Of a stretch of DNA of 64,000 nt, positions 1 to 12,210 are shown piece after piece; the stretch's first letter is position 1; every line of letters starts with the position of its first letter. Position numbers and translations under genes: made by a program. The stretch is from an uncultured delta proteobacterium (lineage in GTDB: Bacteria; Myxococcota; Kuafuiibacteriia; Kuafuiibacteriales; Kuafuiibacteriaceae): assembly GCA_963803435.1 (NCBI GenBank), contig CAWDML010000001.1, positions 2,336,001-2,400,000 on the forward strand, read 5' to 3'. The notes beneath the pieces were generated by a model. It was given only the letters and a program-made list of their open reading frames with translations, did no database searches and was not told the origin of the DNA.

Positions 1-11
1 TGATCCGGGTC

Positions 12-2306
12 ATGCAAGCTCGCGGCGTGCGAGCATGGAGCACAGCGCTGCTCGTCGCGCTCGCAGGGTGCAAGTGCACCGCCCAGGAGACCAAGACCAT
101 GGAAGATCCCGTCGCTCCGCTGGCGCTCCCGGGGGCGGAGCCGTTCACGCCCGAGCTCACGCGGCGCCTCCGGGCGGCCCTGGCCGCCAAGGGGCCGGAC
201 TACGTGCCGCGCACGGAGCACAAGAAACCCGGCGGCGCGCCCGAGTTCATCAATCGCCTGATCTTCGAGACCAGCCCCTATCTACTCCAGCACGCCCACA
301 ATCCGGTGAGCTGGTACGCGTGGGGAGAAGAGGCGTTCGCCGCGGCCCGCGCGCTGGGCCGCCCGATCTTTCTCAGCGTCGGCTACTCCACCTGCCACTG
401 GTGTCACGTGATGGAGCGGGAGTCCTTCGAGGACGAGGAGATCGCCGCCTATCTCAACGCCAACTTCGTCGCGATCAAGGTCGATCGCGAGGAACGCCCG
501 GACGTCGACTCGGTCTACATGACGGCGGTCCAGCTGATGACCGGTGGGGGCGGCTGGCCGATGACCGTGGTCATGTTTCCGGACGGCAAGCCGTTCTTCG
601 GCGGCACTTACTTTCCTCCGCGCGACGGCGACCGCGGGACGAGGATGGGCTTTCTCAGCATCCTGAAGCGCCTCAAGCAGGCCTACGATCAGGACCGCGA
701 GAATGTCGTGCAGGCCAGCTTGCGCTTGGCCCAGGGCATGAAGATGTCCTCCGAGCGGGCCCAGGCTGAGCATGTACCCGGCCCGGAGGCGCTCACCACC
801 GCCGCAGTGAAGCTGGCCGAGCGCTTCGATCCCACCTGGGGTGGCTTCGGTCGGGCGCCGAAGTTCCCGCGTCCCTCGACCTACGAGCTGCTGCTCCGCT
901 ACCACCGGCGCAGCGGCGATCCGGGCGCGCTCGAGATGGTGACGCGCTCGCTCGATCACATGAGCCGCGGCGGCATGTACGATCAGATCGGGGGCGGCTT
1001 CCATCGTTACTCTACCGATGGCGAGTGGCTGGTCCCGCACTTCGAGAAGATGCTCTACGACAACGCGCAGCTGGCGACGCTGCTGGTGGAGACCTGGCAG
1101 GTCACGCGCGAGGCGCGCTTCCAGGACATCGCCCGCGAGACGCTGGACTACGTGCTGCGCGAGATGACCAGCCCCGAAGGCGCCTTTTACTCGGCGACGG
1201 ACGCCGACAGCGAAGGCGAGGAGGGCCTCTTCTTCGTCTGGAAGAAGGACGAGCTGGAGCGGTTGCTCGGGCCCGAGCTGGCGCCGGCGGCGATCCGTTA
1301 CTGGGGCGTCACGGACCGCGGAAACTTCGAGGGCCGGAACATCCTCTTCCGTCCGGACCCGGCCGCTCCGCCGCCGTCGATCGCGACGGCGCGGGCGATC
1401 CTCTACGAGGCGCGCAAGAAACGGATCCCACCGCTGCTCGACGACAAGGTGCTGACGGAGTGGAACGCGCAGATGATCTCCGCGTTCGCGAAGGCCGGCC
1501 TGGCGTTCGGCGAGCCCCGCTATGTCGCCGCTGCCGAGAAGGCCGCCGACTTCCTGCTGGCGAACATGAAGACAGCGGACGGACGGCTCCGGCGCGCCTG
1601 GCGCAACGGCCAGCCGAAGCACCAGGGCGTGCTCGAGGACTATGCGTTCCTGACGTCGGCGCTGCTCGACGTGTACGAGGCCGATGGTAGGACGCGCTAC
1701 CTCGACGAGGCCCTCGCGATCCACCACACCACCGAGAAGCTCTTTCTCGACGAAGACAAGGGCGCGTTCTTCGGGACTCCGATCGATGGCGAGGCGCTGC
1801 TGATCCGCGAGAAGCCAACCTACGACGGAGCCCAACCCTCCGGGAACTCCGCGGCGGCGATGAACCTGCTGCGGATCGCAGAGCTGACCACCGAGGATCG
1901 GTACCGCCGCACCGCCGAGAAGCTCTTCGCGGCGCTCGGCGAGAGCCTGGCCGGCGGAGCCCTCGAGTGTCCGCAGCTGGCCCTCGCTCTCGACTTCTTC
2001 GACGATCAGGCGAAGGAGATCGTCATCGTCACCAGCCCGGGCGATCCGGGCGAGGCGCTCCTGGAGGTGGTACGAACCGCGTTTCTCCCCAATCGCGTCC
2101 TGGTCACCACCCCGGCGGAGGCGGTCGAGCGGCTGAAGACCACGATCCCGCTGGTCGAGTCGAAGCGGGCCGTCGACGGCAAGGCCACGGCCTACGTCTG
2201 CCTGGCCCAGGCCTGCAAGCGACCCACCTCGTCGGCCGATGAGCTGCGCGTCCAGCTCCGCGAGGTCGCACCGTTGCCCGCGGCCCCCCGGCTCAAGGTA
2301 CGCTGA
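12..2306 (+). CDS. Thioredoxin-domain protein, YyaL/SSP411 (DUF255) family
   Basis: [36 protein letters not shown] and [12 protein letters not shown] motifs. Confidence 0.92.
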   Translation: MQARGVRAWSTALLVALAGCKCTAQETKTMEDPVAPLALPGAEPFTPELTRRLRAALAAKGPDYVPRTEHKKPGGAPEFINRLIFETSPYLLQHAHNPVSWYAWGEEAFAAARALGRPIFLSVGYSTCHWCHVMERESFEDEEIAAYLNANFVAIKVDREERPDVDSVYMTAVQLMTGGGGWPMTVVMFPDGKPFFGGTYFPPRDGDRGTRMGFLSILKRLKQAYDQDRENVVQASLRLAQGMKMSSERAQAEHVPGPEALTTAAVKLAERFDPTWGGFGRAPKFPRPSTYELLLRYHRRSGDPGALEMVTRSLDHMSRGGMYDQIGGGFHRYSTDGEWLVPHFEKMLYDNAQLATLLVETWQVTREARFQDIARETLDYVLREMTSPEGAFYSATDADSEGEEGLFFVWKKDELERLLGPELAPAAIRYWGVTDRGNFEGRNILFRPDPAAPPPSIATARAILYEARKKRIPPLLDDKVLTEWNAQMISAFAKAGLAFGEPRYVAAAEKAADFLLANMKTADGRLRRAWRNGQPKHQGVLEDYAFLTSALLDVYEADGRTRYLDEALAIHHTTEKLFLDEDKGAFFGTPIDGEALLIREKPTYDGAQPSGNSAAAMNLLRIAELTTEDRYRRTAEKLFAALGESLAGGALECPQLALALDFFDDQAKEIVIVTSPGDPGEALLEVVRTAFLPNRVLVTTPAEAVERLKTTIPLVESKRAVDGKATAYVCLAQACKRPTSSADELRVQLREVAPLPAAPRLKVR

Positions 2307-2312
2307 CGACCC

Positions 2313-3395
2313 GTGTCCCCGATCCTGCTCAGCGCCCTCGCCGTGGTGACCGCGATCCCGATCGATCGAACCCTCGAGGCGCTGCCGAAGGATCCGAGAG
2401 CCGCGCTCCTGGCGGCCGGAGAGAAGCTGGCTGCCAAGAAGATCGTCGTCGGCGGCTATGAGCTCGACGGCGCCGCGCTCCAGGCCGTCGCGCGGAGCAA
2501 GGACCCCTCGCTTCTGCGTGCCGTGCGGGAGGGGCTGCACCGTCCGATCGATCTGGAGGACTTCATCTTCTTTCTCGACGATGTGATCGTCGCGAAGGGC
2601 GCAGGGGCGCGGATCGTCGTCACCTCGGACCGCGCGCGCTCGTACGGCATCCTGATCCATCCCCACGACGTCTTCGGCTCGCCGCAGCAGCACAAGGTCT
2701 ACGCCCGCGACGCGCACACGCTGCCGACCGACGATCCTCCGCTCCAGGACAACCTGGAGCCGGCGGCGGATGGGGAGCCCCTCGGTCCGCGATGGGCGGC
2801 GCGCTACCAGCAACCCGCCACCTTCGCCGGGCGGCTCGACGAGCTGGAGGCGGCCAACGCCCGCTTCGGCAAGGCGATGAAGTCGCTGGTGGCGCAGCTC
2901 GAACGGCAGGGGGCGGCGATCATCGTCGAGTCGGCGGTTCGCAGCCGTGCGCGCGGCTATCTGATCTACGGCTCGTACTATCTCAGCCGTGCGAAGAGCC
3001 GGTCCGAGCTCACCCGCCGGATCGATCGCCTCGTCGAGTACAACCGGAGCTGGTCGCTGGCGGTGCCGATCGAGTGGCACCATCCCGGCGGCTTCCTGGC
3101 CACCGTCGAGGCGGCCCGCCGTATGGCCGACACCTACGGAGTCGACTTCGCCAGCATCCAGGGGGCCCGCCGCTCCGATCACTACGACGGGAGGGCGATC
3201 GACCTGGTGGCGGTGGACCTCCCGCGCCGGCTCGAGCTGGCCGCACCCGACGGCGCGACCCACAGCTTCGATCTGTCGGCGCCCGAGGAGACCCGCGATC
3301 TCAGCCTGACGCCGGCGTTGATCGAGTGGGTAGAGACGCACTTCGGCGTGAAGAAGCTGCGCACGGACTATCCGCACTGGAAGGACCCGAGTTGA
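2313..3395 (+). CDS. Exported protein with M15-like (LAS) Zn-peptidase motifs
   Basis: Signal-like N-terminus; SDHYDGRAID (SxHxxGxAxD) and C-terminal DYPHW. Confidence 0.55.
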   Translation: MSPILLSALAVVTAIPIDRTLEALPKDPRAALLAAGEKLAAKKIVVGGYELDGAALQAVARSKDPSLLRAVREGLHRPIDLEDFIFFLDDVIVAKGAGARIVVTSDRARSYGILIHPHDVFGSPQQHKVYARDAHTLPTDDPPLQDNLEPAADGEPLGPRWAARYQQPATFAGRLDELEAANARFGKAMKSLVAQLERQGAAIIVESAVRSRARGYLIYGSYYLSRAKSRSELTRRIDRLVEYNRSWSLAVPIEWHHPGGFLATVEAARRMADTYGVDFASIQGARRSDHYDGRAIDLVAVDLPRRLELAAPDGATHSFDLSAPEETRDLSLTPALIEWVETHFGVKKLRTDYPHWKDPS

Positions 3396-4378
3396 ACAGG
3401 GCGCTCGATCCGATCCGCCACCTCGTGGACAACGGGGACGGCTGGAAGCTCGACATCAAGCAGTACAAGGTCGAGGCGCGGTTCGATCCGCGCCTACGCC
3501 CCATCGTGATCATCCCCGGATACTGCATGAACACCTTCATCCTCGCGTTTCACCCGCGGGGGACCTCGCTCGTCGAGTATCTCTGCCGGCAGGGGTTCGA
3601 GGTCTTCACCGCCAACCTGCGCGGGCAGGGCGAGTCCGAGCAGCTCGCGCACGGCACGCGTCGCATTGGCTTTCGCGAGCTGGGGCTCGTCGATCTCCCC
3701 GCCGCGATCGACTTCGCCCAGGAGCGCGCCACCGGACGCGGCGCCGAAGACGTCCACCTCATCGGCTGCAGCCTGGGTGGGTCGATCGCGTACGGATACC
3801 TGGCGCACCATCCGGATCGCCACCGCCTCCGCTCCATGGTGGCGATGGGCGCCCCGCTCATTTGGGAGGGCGCCCATCCGCTGATCAAGCTCCTGTTCTC
3901 GTCGCCGCGCCTGGCCGCGCTCGTCGATCTGCGCGGCACGCGCCGGCTGGCGCGGGTGGCCCTCCCGATCGCGACGCGGCTCCCGCAGCTCCTCTCGATC
4001 TACATGAACACGGACGGGATCGATCTGAGCCGCGGCGACCAGCTGGTGCGCACGGTCGACGATCCGCACAGCCACCTCAACGTGCAGATCGTCCACTGGA
4101 TCCGCACCGGGAAGCTGCTGGTCGGCCAGACGAACGTGGCGGAGGCCCTCGCCTCGGTCGATCTGCCGCTGCTCAACATTTTCGCCAACGCGGACGGCAT
4201 CGTACCGCCGGCGGCCGCCCGCACGATCGCAGCACACCTCGGCTCGACCGACGTACAGCACCTCGAGGTGGGAGACGCCGGCGCCTGGTTCGCGCATGCC
4301 GACATGTTCATCAACGACCAGGCCGAGGCCCGCGTGTTCGAGCCGATGGCGAGGTGGTTGCTGGATTGGGAGCCGTGA
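3392..4378 (+). CDS. Alpha/beta hydrolase (PHA-synthase-like fold)
   Basis: GCSLGG nucleophile elbow, NADGIVP, AHADM; TTG start overlapping the upstream stop. Confidence 0.8.
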   Translation: MNRALDPIRHLVDNGDGWKLDIKQYKVEARFDPRLRPIVIIPGYCMNTFILAFHPRGTSLVEYLCRQGFEVFTANLRGQGESEQLAHGTRRIGFRELGLVDLPAAIDFAQERATGRGAEDVHLIGCSLGGSIAYGYLAHHPDRHRLRSMVAMGAPLIWEGAHPLIKLLFSSPRLAALVDLRGTRRLARVALPIATRLPQLLSIYMNTDGIDLSRGDQLVRTVDDPHSHLNVQIVHWIRTGKLLVGQTNVAEALASVDLPLLNIFANADGIVPPAAARTIAAHLGSTDVQHLEVGDAGAWFAHADMFINDQAEARVFEPMARWLLDWEP

Positions 4379-4379
4379 G

Positions 4380-5699
4380 ATGCCCAGATACGAGCGAGAC
4401 GAGAGCTGGTTCACCATCGAGGTCGACGGGACCGAGCTGGTCGTGCGGGACGTGGAGGGCGAGCGCGTCGAGCGCTTCGAGCTCGAAGAGGACGCCGAAG
4501 GCGCCTACGACGATCGGGTCTTCGCGGCGCTGGAGGCGGGCTACCGGCTGGCGGCCGAGCCGGAGCCCAGCGATCCGAGGCGGGCGCTCGAGCAAGCGAT
4601 CCTGAGCGCGCCCGACGACCTCGAGGCTCACCTGGTCTACGCGGACCTGCTGATGACCGAGGACGATCCGCGTGGGGAGCTGATCGCGATCTCCGCCGGT
4701 CTTTCCTCTCGACCCGACGACCCCGACCTCCGGGGCCGGGAGACCCGCTTCCTCAAGGAGCACGCCGACGACTTCTACGGCGACTTCGACGACCTGATCG
4801 CGCTGGGCCTCCAGCTCGAGTGGAAGCTCGGCTTCATCCGCACCGCCCGGCTGCTCGTACGCGAGCGCGACTGGAACGAGGAGGACGACTCCGCGACCAC
4901 CGAGGAGATGGCGGCGTTGCTCTCGAGCTTCCTCGCTCATGCGTCCACCCGGTTCCTCCGCGAGCTCCAGATCCGGATGCGCTGGCACGACATCGACGAC
5001 GAGGGCGTGCTCGACCCGATCGTCGCAGCGATCGCCACCACCGACGGTCCTTGGGACACGCTGGCCTCGCTCGATCTCTCACCGGGCCACGAGGACGAGA
5101 CCCGCACACAGCTGGGCAACGGAGACCTCCTCTTCTCCAACCTCCCCGCGCTCCACACGCTGCGCATCCGCTGCGACGAGCTCTTCCTCCGCGACCTGGG
5201 AACGGCGCGGCTCCCCTCTGCCCACGAGGCGCTCAGGCACCTCGGGCTCGGCGGCTGCGTCTCGCCCGCGGTGGTGCGGGCGCTGTCGGCGGCGCGCTGG
5301 CCGTCCCTCGAGGAGCTCGACCTGTCGCTCCTTCGCACCACGATCCAGCCGGGCGCGCTGGCGGCGCTGTTCGCCAATCCCGACCGTCTCCCGGCGCTCA
5401 CCACGCTGCGCCTGCGCCGCGCCGCCTTCACGGACGAGCTCGCCGACTTGCTGCTGGCCGCGCCGCGCTTCGCCGAGCGGCTGGAGGTCCTCGATCTCTC
5501 CTCCGGAAGCATGACCAACGCTGGGGCCGAGATCCTGATCCGTGGCTTCGATTGGTTCAGGCGCTTGAAGCGGCTCGACCTGACGGCGAACCGGATGGGC
5601 GGCGACGTCCTCTTCGATCTACGCAAGCTGTCCTGCGAGGTCGCCTTCGAAGACCAGCTCGCCGAGGGCGACGACCGGTTCGACGAGATCCAGGAGTGA
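4380..5699 (+). CDS. TIGR02996-domain protein with leucine-rich repeats
   Basis: LVYADLLMTEDDPRGELI motif; LxxLDLS repeats. Confidence 0.8.
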   Translation: MPRYERDESWFTIEVDGTELVVRDVEGERVERFELEEDAEGAYDDRVFAALEAGYRLAAEPEPSDPRRALEQAILSAPDDLEAHLVYADLLMTEDDPRGELIAISAGLSSRPDDPDLRGRETRFLKEHADDFYGDFDDLIALGLQLEWKLGFIRTARLLVRERDWNEEDDSATTEEMAALLSSFLAHASTRFLRELQIRMRWHDIDDEGVLDPIVAAIATTDGPWDTLASLDLSPGHEDETRTQLGNGDLLFSNLPALHTLRIRCDELFLRDLGTARLPSAHEALRHLGLGGCVSPAVVRALSAARWPSLEELDLSLLRTTIQPGALAALFANPDRLPALTTLRLRRAAFTDELADLLLAAPRFAERLEVLDLSSGSMTNAGAEILIRGFDWFRRLKRLDLTANRMGGDVLFDLRKLSCEVAFEDQLAEGDDRFDEIQE

Positions 5700-5702
5700 G
5701 CC

Positions 5703-6515
5703 CTACCTGAGCAGCGCCGTCCCCGTGCTTCCCGGCGTCTCCACGGCCCTGGCCAGATCGCCCGCGGACAGGTCGCCGAGAATGTGGATCTGCTCGACCC
5801 CGTTCTCGAGCGAGACGAACGACTCCTCGAGCTTCGGGATCATCCCGCCCTGTACCACGCCGTCGGCGATCGCCCGGCGTGCGTCGGCGACGGTGAGGCG
5901 CGCGATCCGCGTGCTCGGATCCCGGACGTCGGCGAGCACGCCCGGGGTGCCGGTGATGAGGAGCAGCCGGTCCACCTTCATCTGCTCTGCGATCCGGTTC
6001 GCCACCGTGTCGGCGTTGATGTTGTAAGGCCGCCCGAGCTCGTCGCCGGCGATGCACGCGATCACCGGCACGTGCCCGGCGGACAGCAGCAGATCGAGGA
6101 GCGCGGTGTCGACCCGGCTGACGTCGCCGACGTGGCCGAAGTCGACGAGCTCCTCGCCGACGCGCGTCGGGGGGCGCTTCCGGCAGACGATCAGCCCAGC
6201 GCTGACGCCGTTCAGCCCGATCGCCGAGAGCCCCACGCCGCGGAGCACGCTCACCAGCTCGATGTTGAGGCGACCGCCCACCACCATCTCGAGGGCCTCG
6301 AGTGCGAGGTCATCGGTGACGCGTCGCCCGCCCACGATCCGAGGCTCCGATCCCAGCTGGCGCATCAGCGCGGTCAGCTGAGGGCCACCTCCGTGGACCA
6401 GCACCGGCCGGTGACCGGCGTCGTGGAGGTGGCGAAGGTCGGCGGCGATCGCGAGTAGCTCGGCGCGCTTCGGCGGGGTGAGGAGCTCGCCGCCGAGCTT
6501 CACCAGGAGGCGCAT
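5703..6515 (-). CDS. argB: Acetylglutamate kinase
   Basis: LVKLGG, VHGGGPQ, GRRVTD, NINADTVA, GGMIPKL. Confidence 0.93.
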   Translation of the reverse strand: MRLLVKLGGELLTPPKRAELLAIAADLRHLHDAGHRPVLVHGGGPQLTALMRQLGSEPRIVGGRRVTDDLALEALEMVVGGRLNIELVSVLRGVGLSAIGLNGVSAGLIVCRKRPPTRVGEELVDFGHVGDVSRVDTALLDLLLSAGHVPVIACIAGDELGRPYNINADTVANRIAEQMKVDRLLLITGTPGVLADVRDPSTRIARLTVADARRAIADGVVQGGMIPKLEESFVSLENGVEQIHILGDLSAGDLARAVETPGSTGTALLR

Positions 6516-7564
6516 CAGGGCCAGCTCCCCGGGTCGGCCATCGTCGCGGTCTCGTCCAGCCCCAGCATCAGGTTCATGCTGGTGATGCCCTGACCTGCAC
6601 CGCCTTTGATCAGGTTGTCGAGGGCGCTGATGCAGGTGACCAGCCGCCGATTGCCGACGACCTCGCCGATCACCACCCCCACCTCGACGTAGTTGGAGCC
6701 GGAGACGGCCGCCACCTCCGGCAGCCGCTTCTTCGGCACCCGCACGAACGGCTCGCCGGCATAGGTCTCGGCGAAGGCGGCCACGATCGCAGCAGGGTCG
6801 ATCGCGCAGTCGACATGCACGAACGAGGACGCGAACAACCCGCGCGACAGCGGCGCCGAGACAGGCACCAGGTGGAGGGCGGACACGTCCCCGCCGGCGG
6901 CCCGCAGCGTGGCCACGATCTCCGGCGTGTGCTGGTGCTCGAGCGTCTTGTAGGTCTTGAGGTTGATCGCCCGGACCGGGTGGTGGGTCCCGGCGCTCGG
7001 GGCGACGCCGCTCCCGCTGGAGCCGGTCATCGCGACGACCTCGATCTCGCCGGAGAGCCAACCACGGCGGGCGAGTGGGAGGAGGCCAAGCTCGATGGTC
7101 GTCGCGAAGCACCCGGGGCTCGCAACGCAGCTTGCACTTCGGATCTTCTCCCGGTTGAGCTCCGGGAGGCCGTAGACGAACCTCTCGAGGTGCTCGGGGC
7201 ACGGGTGCTTGGCGCCGTACCAGCGCTCGTAGGCGGCCGGATCCTGGAGCCGGAAGTCGCCCGACAGATCGACGATCTTGGCGCCCGTCTCGAGGAGCTC
7301 GGGGACCCTGTGGGCGGCGATCTTGTGCGGCAAGCCGAGGAGGACCACGTCCATGCCCAGGGCAGCCTGCCGCGCCGGCAGGTCCTCGAAGATCAGGTCC
7401 GTCTGCTGCTCCAGGCTCGGGTGGGCCGCGGACAGCGGCTGGCCCACGTAGTCGATGCTGGCGACCCGAACCAGCTCGACGTCCGGGTGGCGGAGCAGCC
7501 GGCGGATCATCTCCCCGCCGCCGTACCCGCTCCCGCCGATGACGGCCGCCTTGAGCTTCCCCAT
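6515..7564 (-). CDS. argC: N-acetyl-gamma-glutamyl-phosphate reductase
   Basis: GGSGYGG, DLSGDFRL, VYGLPE, SPGCFAT, LDNLIKGGAGQ. Confidence 0.93.
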   Translation of the reverse strand: MGKLKAAVIGGSGYGGGEMIRRLLRHPDVELVRVASIDYVGQPLSAAHPSLEQQTDLIFEDLPARQAALGMDVVLLGLPHKIAAHRVPELLETGAKIVDLSGDFRLQDPAAYERWYGAKHPCPEHLERFVYGLPELNREKIRSASCVASPGCFATTIELGLLPLARRGWLSGEIEVVAMTGSSGSGVAPSAGTHHPVRAINLKTYKTLEHQHTPEIVATLRAAGGDVSALHLVPVSAPLSRGLFASSFVHVDCAIDPAAIVAAFAETYAGEPFVRVPKKRLPEVAAVSGSNYVEVGVVIGEVVGNRRLVTCISALDNLIKGGAGQGITSMNLMLGLDETATMADPGSWP

Positions 7565-7662
7565 GGCGGCCGTATAGCGCGTTTGCCGGGGTTTTGGTTG
7601 CGTTCGCGCGTTCATGGACCCACCGTTCAGTCAGGCTAACACGTTAAACCCTGATCGACCGC

Positions 7663-7692
7663 TTGCGTGATGAGCTGACCGGCCGGTACAAC
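7663..7692 (+). promoter_or_regulatory. Candidate promoter with overlapping TetR-type operator
   Basis: TTGCGT-N18-TACAAC overlapping the palindrome ACCGGCCGGT. Confidence 0.35.
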
Positions 7693-7701
7693 AGACCCAC
7701 G

Positions 7702-8352
7702 ATGCAACGACAGCGCAAGGAACAGGGCGAGCAGACCCGAAAGACCATCATCGAAGTGACGACGAAGTTGTTCGCAATGCGCGGATACGCCGGTACGTCG
7801 CTCGATCTGATCGCCAAGGAGGCCCAGACCAGCAAGAGCTCGATCTTCTGGCACTTCGAGAACAAGGAGGACCTCCTGTTCACAGTGGTCGATCGCGCCA
7901 TGTCGGAGTGGGAGGTCAAGGCCGGAACCGAGATCCTGGCCCAACCCAACCCGCCGCGGCAGCTGGCCAAGCTGGTGGACCTCTACCGCGAGCTGGCCCA
8001 GGACCGGCCCGACACCCTGCGGCTCCTGCTCGGCCTCCTCCTCGAGACGGCCGACGCCAACCAGGACGTGAAGCAGCGGTTCCAGCGCATGTATCGGGGC
8101 TACCGCACGTCGATCCAGATCGTGATCGACGAGGGCGTCGCCCAGGGCCACTTCACCAAGGCCGTCCCGTCCGATCACCTCTCCGCCATGGTGCTCGCGA
8201 TCTTCGACGGGATGTTCATCCAGTGGTTCCTCGATCCCGAGGCCGTCCCCGACGAGATCTTCGAGACCGTGAAGATCACCATCTTCAACCTGGTGATGCC
8301 GGGGAAAGAGATCCCTTTGGCCGCTGACGAGCCCCACCCCGGCCACGCCTGA
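7702..8352 (+). CDS. TetR/AcrR family regulator
   Basis: N-terminal HTH (LFAMRGYAGTSLDLIA...FWHFENKEDLL). Confidence 0.9.
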   Translation: MQRQRKEQGEQTRKTIIEVTTKLFAMRGYAGTSLDLIAKEAQTSKSSIFWHFENKEDLLFTVVDRAMSEWEVKAGTEILAQPNPPRQLAKLVDLYRELAQDRPDTLRLLLGLLLETADANQDVKQRFQRMYRGYRTSIQIVIDEGVAQGHFTKAVPSDHLSAMVLAIFDGMFIQWFLDPEAVPDEIFETVKITIFNLVMPGKEIPLAADEPHPGHA

Positions 8353-8376
8353 GCCTGGCTCTGCTAGTATCGCGGG

Positions 8377-9012
8377 ATGCCGCGCGCGCTTCGGTGGGTC
8401 TCGCTCGCGCTGCTGATCGGACAGGCCGCGCCGGCCGAGGCGAGCAGCTGGATCTATCAGGACGCTGAGAGCAACGCGCGGGAGTCCAAGCTCTTCCGCT
8501 TCTCGCCGCGGCTCAACTTCTGGGTGGCCAACTTCGATCGTCCGCCCCGCGCCTGCCGGGCCGGGCCGGTGGGATTCCCGACGCTTGAGCTGCGGGCGGA
8601 ACAGCTCCCCACACAGGACTTCTTCTGCGCCTCACAGAGCTCGGACGAGCTGGCGTTTGGCTCGGGTCTGGAGTTCGGCTTCCGCGCGCTCGGACCGATC
8701 TATCTGACCGCCGGCCTCGACTTCGTGTACACGGCGCCCGACTCGAGCGCGATCAAGAATCAGCTGGTCATCGCGCTCCCCTTCGGCGTCATGTTCACGT
8801 GGTACGAGTGGCGCTTTCGCCCGATCGCCCACTTCGAGATCACCCCGGTGCTTTACGTGACCGACGATTCGCGCGATTACACGCTCGGCGGGAACGCTGG
8901 TTTCGCGTATCGTATCCTCGACTTCGGCAGCATCTCCCTGACAGCGGGGTACATGTGGGCCGACACCATGACTGCGTGGCAAGTGCAACTCGGCCTGCAT
9001 CCCATCCTCTAG
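8377..9012 (+). CDS. Exported, probable outer-membrane beta-barrel protein
   Basis: Signal peptide (AEA); amphipathic aromatic beta strands. Confidence 0.55.
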   Translation: MPRALRWVSLALLIGQAAPAEASSWIYQDAESNARESKLFRFSPRLNFWVANFDRPPRACRAGPVGFPTLELRAEQLPTQDFFCASQSSDELAFGSGLEFGFRALGPIYLTAGLDFVYTAPDSSAIKNQLVIALPFGVMFTWYEWRFRPIAHFEITPVLYVTDDSRDYTLGGNAGFAYRILDFGSISLTAGYMWADTMTAWQVQLGLHPIL

Positions 9013-9022
9013 GACTGTCACC

Positions 9023-9631
9023 TTGCCCATCCGTCGTACGAGCCGTGAAGACAAGCGCCGCCGCATCATCGACGCCGCGGTGAAGGTCTTCGCCGAGAAG
9101 GGGTTCTTCGGCGCCAAGGTCTCCGAGATCGCGGAAGCCGCCGGCGTCGCCGACGGCACCATCTACCTCTACTTCAAGTCGAAGGACGACATCCTGATCT
9201 CGCTCTTCCAGGAGAAGATGTCGGAGATCGTGAAGCAGCTACAGGCGATCCTCTCGGAGCTCCCCGACCCCGAGACCAAGATGCGCCGGTACGTGATCGA
9301 GCACCTCAAGCTGGTGGCGCGGCAGCCGGAGCTGATGCAGGTCCTCACCGTCGAGCTCCGCCAGAGCACGCGCTTCATCAAGGAGTACTCGCCGAAGGCC
9401 TTCGCACGCTATCTGGCCGTCATCGGCAACATCATCGAGGAGGGCCAGAAGGCGGGCGTGTTCCGCAAGGATCTCGACGCCGGAATCCTTCGCCGTGCGC
9501 TGTTCGGTCTGATAGACGAGCTCTCGCTCGAATGGATCCTGCGGAGCCGGGATCAGCAATCGCTGCGGACGGAGGATCCCGAGCTGATCGGGGAACAGAT
9601 CGCAGAGTTCATCATCCGAGGATTGAGGTGA
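9023..9631 (+). CDS. TetR family regulator, FadR(YsiA)-like
   Basis: AGVADGTIYLYFKSKDDILISLF; directly upstream of the acyl-CoA dehydrogenase. Confidence 0.88.
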   Translation: MPIRRTSREDKRRRIIDAAVKVFAEKGFFGAKVSEIAEAAGVADGTIYLYFKSKDDILISLFQEKMSEIVKQLQAILSELPDPETKMRRYVIEHLKLVARQPELMQVLTVELRQSTRFIKEYSPKAFARYLAVIGNIIEEGQKAGVFRKDLDAGILRRALFGLIDELSLEWILRSRDQQSLRTEDPELIGEQIAEFIIRGLR

Positions 9632-9635
9632 CGTC

Positions 9636-10802
<1,167 letters not shown>

Positions 10803-10803
10803 C

Positions 10804-11136
10804 TCACTCTCTCCTGAGCAGATAGAGCAGCGGTCCGATGCTCCCCGTCGCGATCGTCAGGGCCACGTAGCCGAGCACCGAGCGGCCGCGCGCCCGCCCG
10901 TCTCGCACCATCCATGCGACCACGAGCGTCAACGAGATGCAGAGGTCCGCGACCGCGACCAGCGTCCACCCATTGGCGGCGTGGACGAAGTCGAGAAATC
11001 CGCCCCATCCGCTCACGACCAAGGCATAGACGTTGAGCCCGGCGAACAGGACGAGCAGGCCGGCGACGAGCGGCTTGACGATCGGCCCGGACGCGTCGAG
11101 CGGGAGCGGAGAACGGTCAGCAGTTGGATTCATCAT
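10804..11136 (-). CDS. Small membrane protein (DUF2834-like)
   Basis: Three hydrophobic segments; GSIGPLLYLLRR C-terminus. Confidence 0.6.
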   Translation of the reverse strand: MMNPTADRSPLPLDASGPIVKPLVAGLLVLFAGLNVYALVVSGWGGFLDFVHAANGWTLVAVADLCISLTLVVAWMVRDGRARGRSVLGYVALTIATGSIGPLLYLLRRE

Positions 11137-11148
11137 GGGAGGCGGCAC

Positions 11149-11164
11149 TGCGACCGGCGTGCCA
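11149..11164 (-). promoter_or_regulatory. Sigma-54 (-24/-12) promoter
   Basis: TGGCACGCCGGTCGCA versus consensus TGGCACG-N4-TTGCW. Confidence 0.65.
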
Positions 11165-11301
11165 CCGCATCGAGGTCGGATTCGGGTCGGCCGCGTGGAT
11201 CGGATGCAGCGTCGTGTTGCGCGCGCGCAACCTCGATGGCGAAAAATCCGATTCCATGGGCATCTCGAGGTGAGGCCCACGACTTGCTCGATGCCTTCCT
11301 C

Positions 11302-12210
11302 ATGCGCTTCGGCCGCTTCCACGGCGCCCTGGTCGGCCTCGTGCTCGGCCTGTTCGATACGGTGCTGTTCCGTCTGCTCGGCACCGAGTTCACGCTCGGC
11401 GGCAACGACGTGACGATCGTGGTGGCGAGCGCGTTCACGTCGTCCCTGGTGGCGCTCGGCTTCCTGCTCGGCATCACCCTGGAGCTCCGGCGCCGTGAGC
11501 ACCGCTCCGCCGAGGCGCTCGACCGCGCCCGCGAGCAGATCGCTCAGAACGAGAAGCTGGCCTCGCTCGGCCAGCTCGCCGGAGCGATCGCGCACGAGGT
11601 CAAGAACCCGCTCGCGATCATCCGCTCCACGGTCCAGAACATCTCCGAATCGCTCCCGGAGGCGGACGGCGAGTCCCGCGAGAGCGCAGGATTCGTGATG
11701 GAGGAGATCGACCGTTTGACCCGGGTGACCGACGTCTTGCTGATGTTCGCCCGGCCGGTGGCGCTCGCGCGGCGGCGGACCACCTGCGCCGCGATCATGT
11801 CGAAGACGGAGCAGCTCGCCGCACGCATGCTGCGGGAACGTTCCATCACGCTCGTGACCGAGCCCGCGCCCGCCGCCTTGCTCGAGGTGGACGGCGATCT
11901 GATCTGTCAGGTGCTGCTCGGCCTGCTCGGCAACGCCGCCGACGTGACCGCGCCGGGCGGGCTGCTCCAGCTCGAGGCCAGGGCGGACGCCGATCGGGTG
12001 GAGCTCGCGGTCGCCGATCGCGGGCCGGGCATCCCTCGGGAGCTCGAGGATCAGATCTTCGAGCCATTCTTCACCACGCGCGAGGGCGGAACCGGCCTGG
12101 GCCTGGCCGTCGCCCGTCAGATCGTCACCGCCCACGAAGGCTCGCTCTCCGTGGAGAACCGCGAGGGCGGAGGCGCGCGCTTCAGCGTGTGGTTGAGGAG
12201 ATCGAGGTGA
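11302..12210 (+). CDS. Membrane sensor histidine kinase
   Basis: Two TM helices; AHEVKNPL H-box; FEPFFTT and GTGLGL. Confidence 0.93.
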   Translation: MRFGRFHGALVGLVLGLFDTVLFRLLGTEFTLGGNDVTIVVASAFTSSLVALGFLLGITLELRRREHRSAEALDRAREQIAQNEKLASLGQLAGAIAHEVKNPLAIIRSTVQNISESLPEADGESRESAGFVMEEIDRLTRVTDVLLMFARPVALARRRTTCAAIMSKTEQLAARMLRERSITLVTEPAPAALLEVDGDLICQVLLGLLGNAADVTAPGGLLQLEARADADRVELAVADRGPGIPRELEDQIFEPFFTTREGGTGLGLAVARQIVTAHEGSLSVENREGGGARFSVWLRRSR

